DNA from: a virus
IMG/VR virus record: IMGVR_UViG_3300037851_001030
Location: 1 to 64,000 of that record
Direction: 5' to 3' (one strand)
DNA: 64,000 bases
Below the pieces are notes generated by a model. The model did not search any database. It was not told the origin of the DNA and saw only the letters and a program-made list of their open reading frames with translations. Of the stretch, positions 63,715-64,000 are shown piece by piece. Each line of letters starts with the position of its first letter. The stretch's first letter is position 1. Made by a program: the position numbers and the translations under genes.

Positions 63715-64000
63715 CTAGTTGGTGCAGCCGCCCTGACCCTGGCCGCAGCTCGGGCACAGGAGGCAACGGCCGTTCTGAACCATGCGGTTTCCGCAGGCAG
63801 GGCACAGGTGTATCTCTGACTTCATGGTCCAGGTGGGGGCGGTCGAGCTGCTCGCGGCCGGCTCTACCTCGACGTCTGCATCGGGCTCAGCCTCGGACTT
63901 GGGCCCATAGTTCTCTAGCATCCAGCGCGCCACGTAGTCCGCCGGGCTCGAGTAGTAGTGCCCGTCGAACCAGCCGTCGGGCGGCCAGCGCAGGCCCACG
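63715..64000 (-). CDS. C-terminal end of a gene running off the right edge; Cys-rich tail resembling class II ribonucleotide reductase (NrdJ)
   Basis: ...SPADYVARWMLENYG...CPACGNRMVQNGRCLLCPSCGQGQGGC (Cx2Cx10Cx2Cx2Cx6C). The track M at 63999 is a GTG, and the frame is open to the window edge. Confidence 0.45.
   Translation of the reverse strand, partial: VGLRWPPDGWFDGHYYSSPADYVARWMLENYGPKSEAEPDADVEVEPAASSSTAPTWTMKSEIHLCPACGNRMVQNGRCLLCPSCGQGQGGCTN

Overview
Dense, high-GC, almost gap-free coding sequence with the hallmarks of a large tailed dsDNA phage or prophage. Genes are Shine-Dalgarno-led, use ATG/GTG/TTG starts, and show many ATGA/GTGA/TAATG start-stop overlaps. A holin plus an overlapped spanin pair suggests a Gram-negative host. 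I count roughly 80 genes. Most are on the minus strand, with two plus-strand islands (19030-24005 and 42959-44944). Left part (1-18.9 kb): an edge-truncated gene absent from the ORF track that carries a LAGLIDADG intein, fibre-like proteins, many small zinc-ribbon proteins, a KhpA-like KH protein, a nucleoside 2-deoxyribosyltransferase-like protein, an L7/L12-CTD-like protein, a baseplate-hub-like protein, an HExxH protein, a 714-codon DNA-binding ORF whose 3' end is a hairpin cluster, and a HAD-like hydrolase. Plus-strand island 1: a caspase-like protease operon and a second L7/L12-CTD-like protein. 24.7-41.8 kb: tandem paralogous structural genes, a baseplate-J-like module, tRNA-Ala, a beta-helix tailspike-like gene and two back-to-back giant collagen-like fibre genes. 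Next come a holin/spanin cassette, a 4-gene plus-strand cassette, a DHH/DHHA1 phosphoesterase and a visibly lower-GC free-standing nuclease gene. About 16 kb of large structural or receptor-binding genes follow (repeat proteins, a third collagen-like fibre, BNR-like and Kelch-like propellers). The right edge holds the Cys-rich C-terminal tail of a probable class II ribonucleotide reductase. I saw no rRNA, CRISPR array, integrase or reverse transcriptase. All functional calls rest on motifs read by eye. No database search was possible, and the compositional statements are visual impressions.
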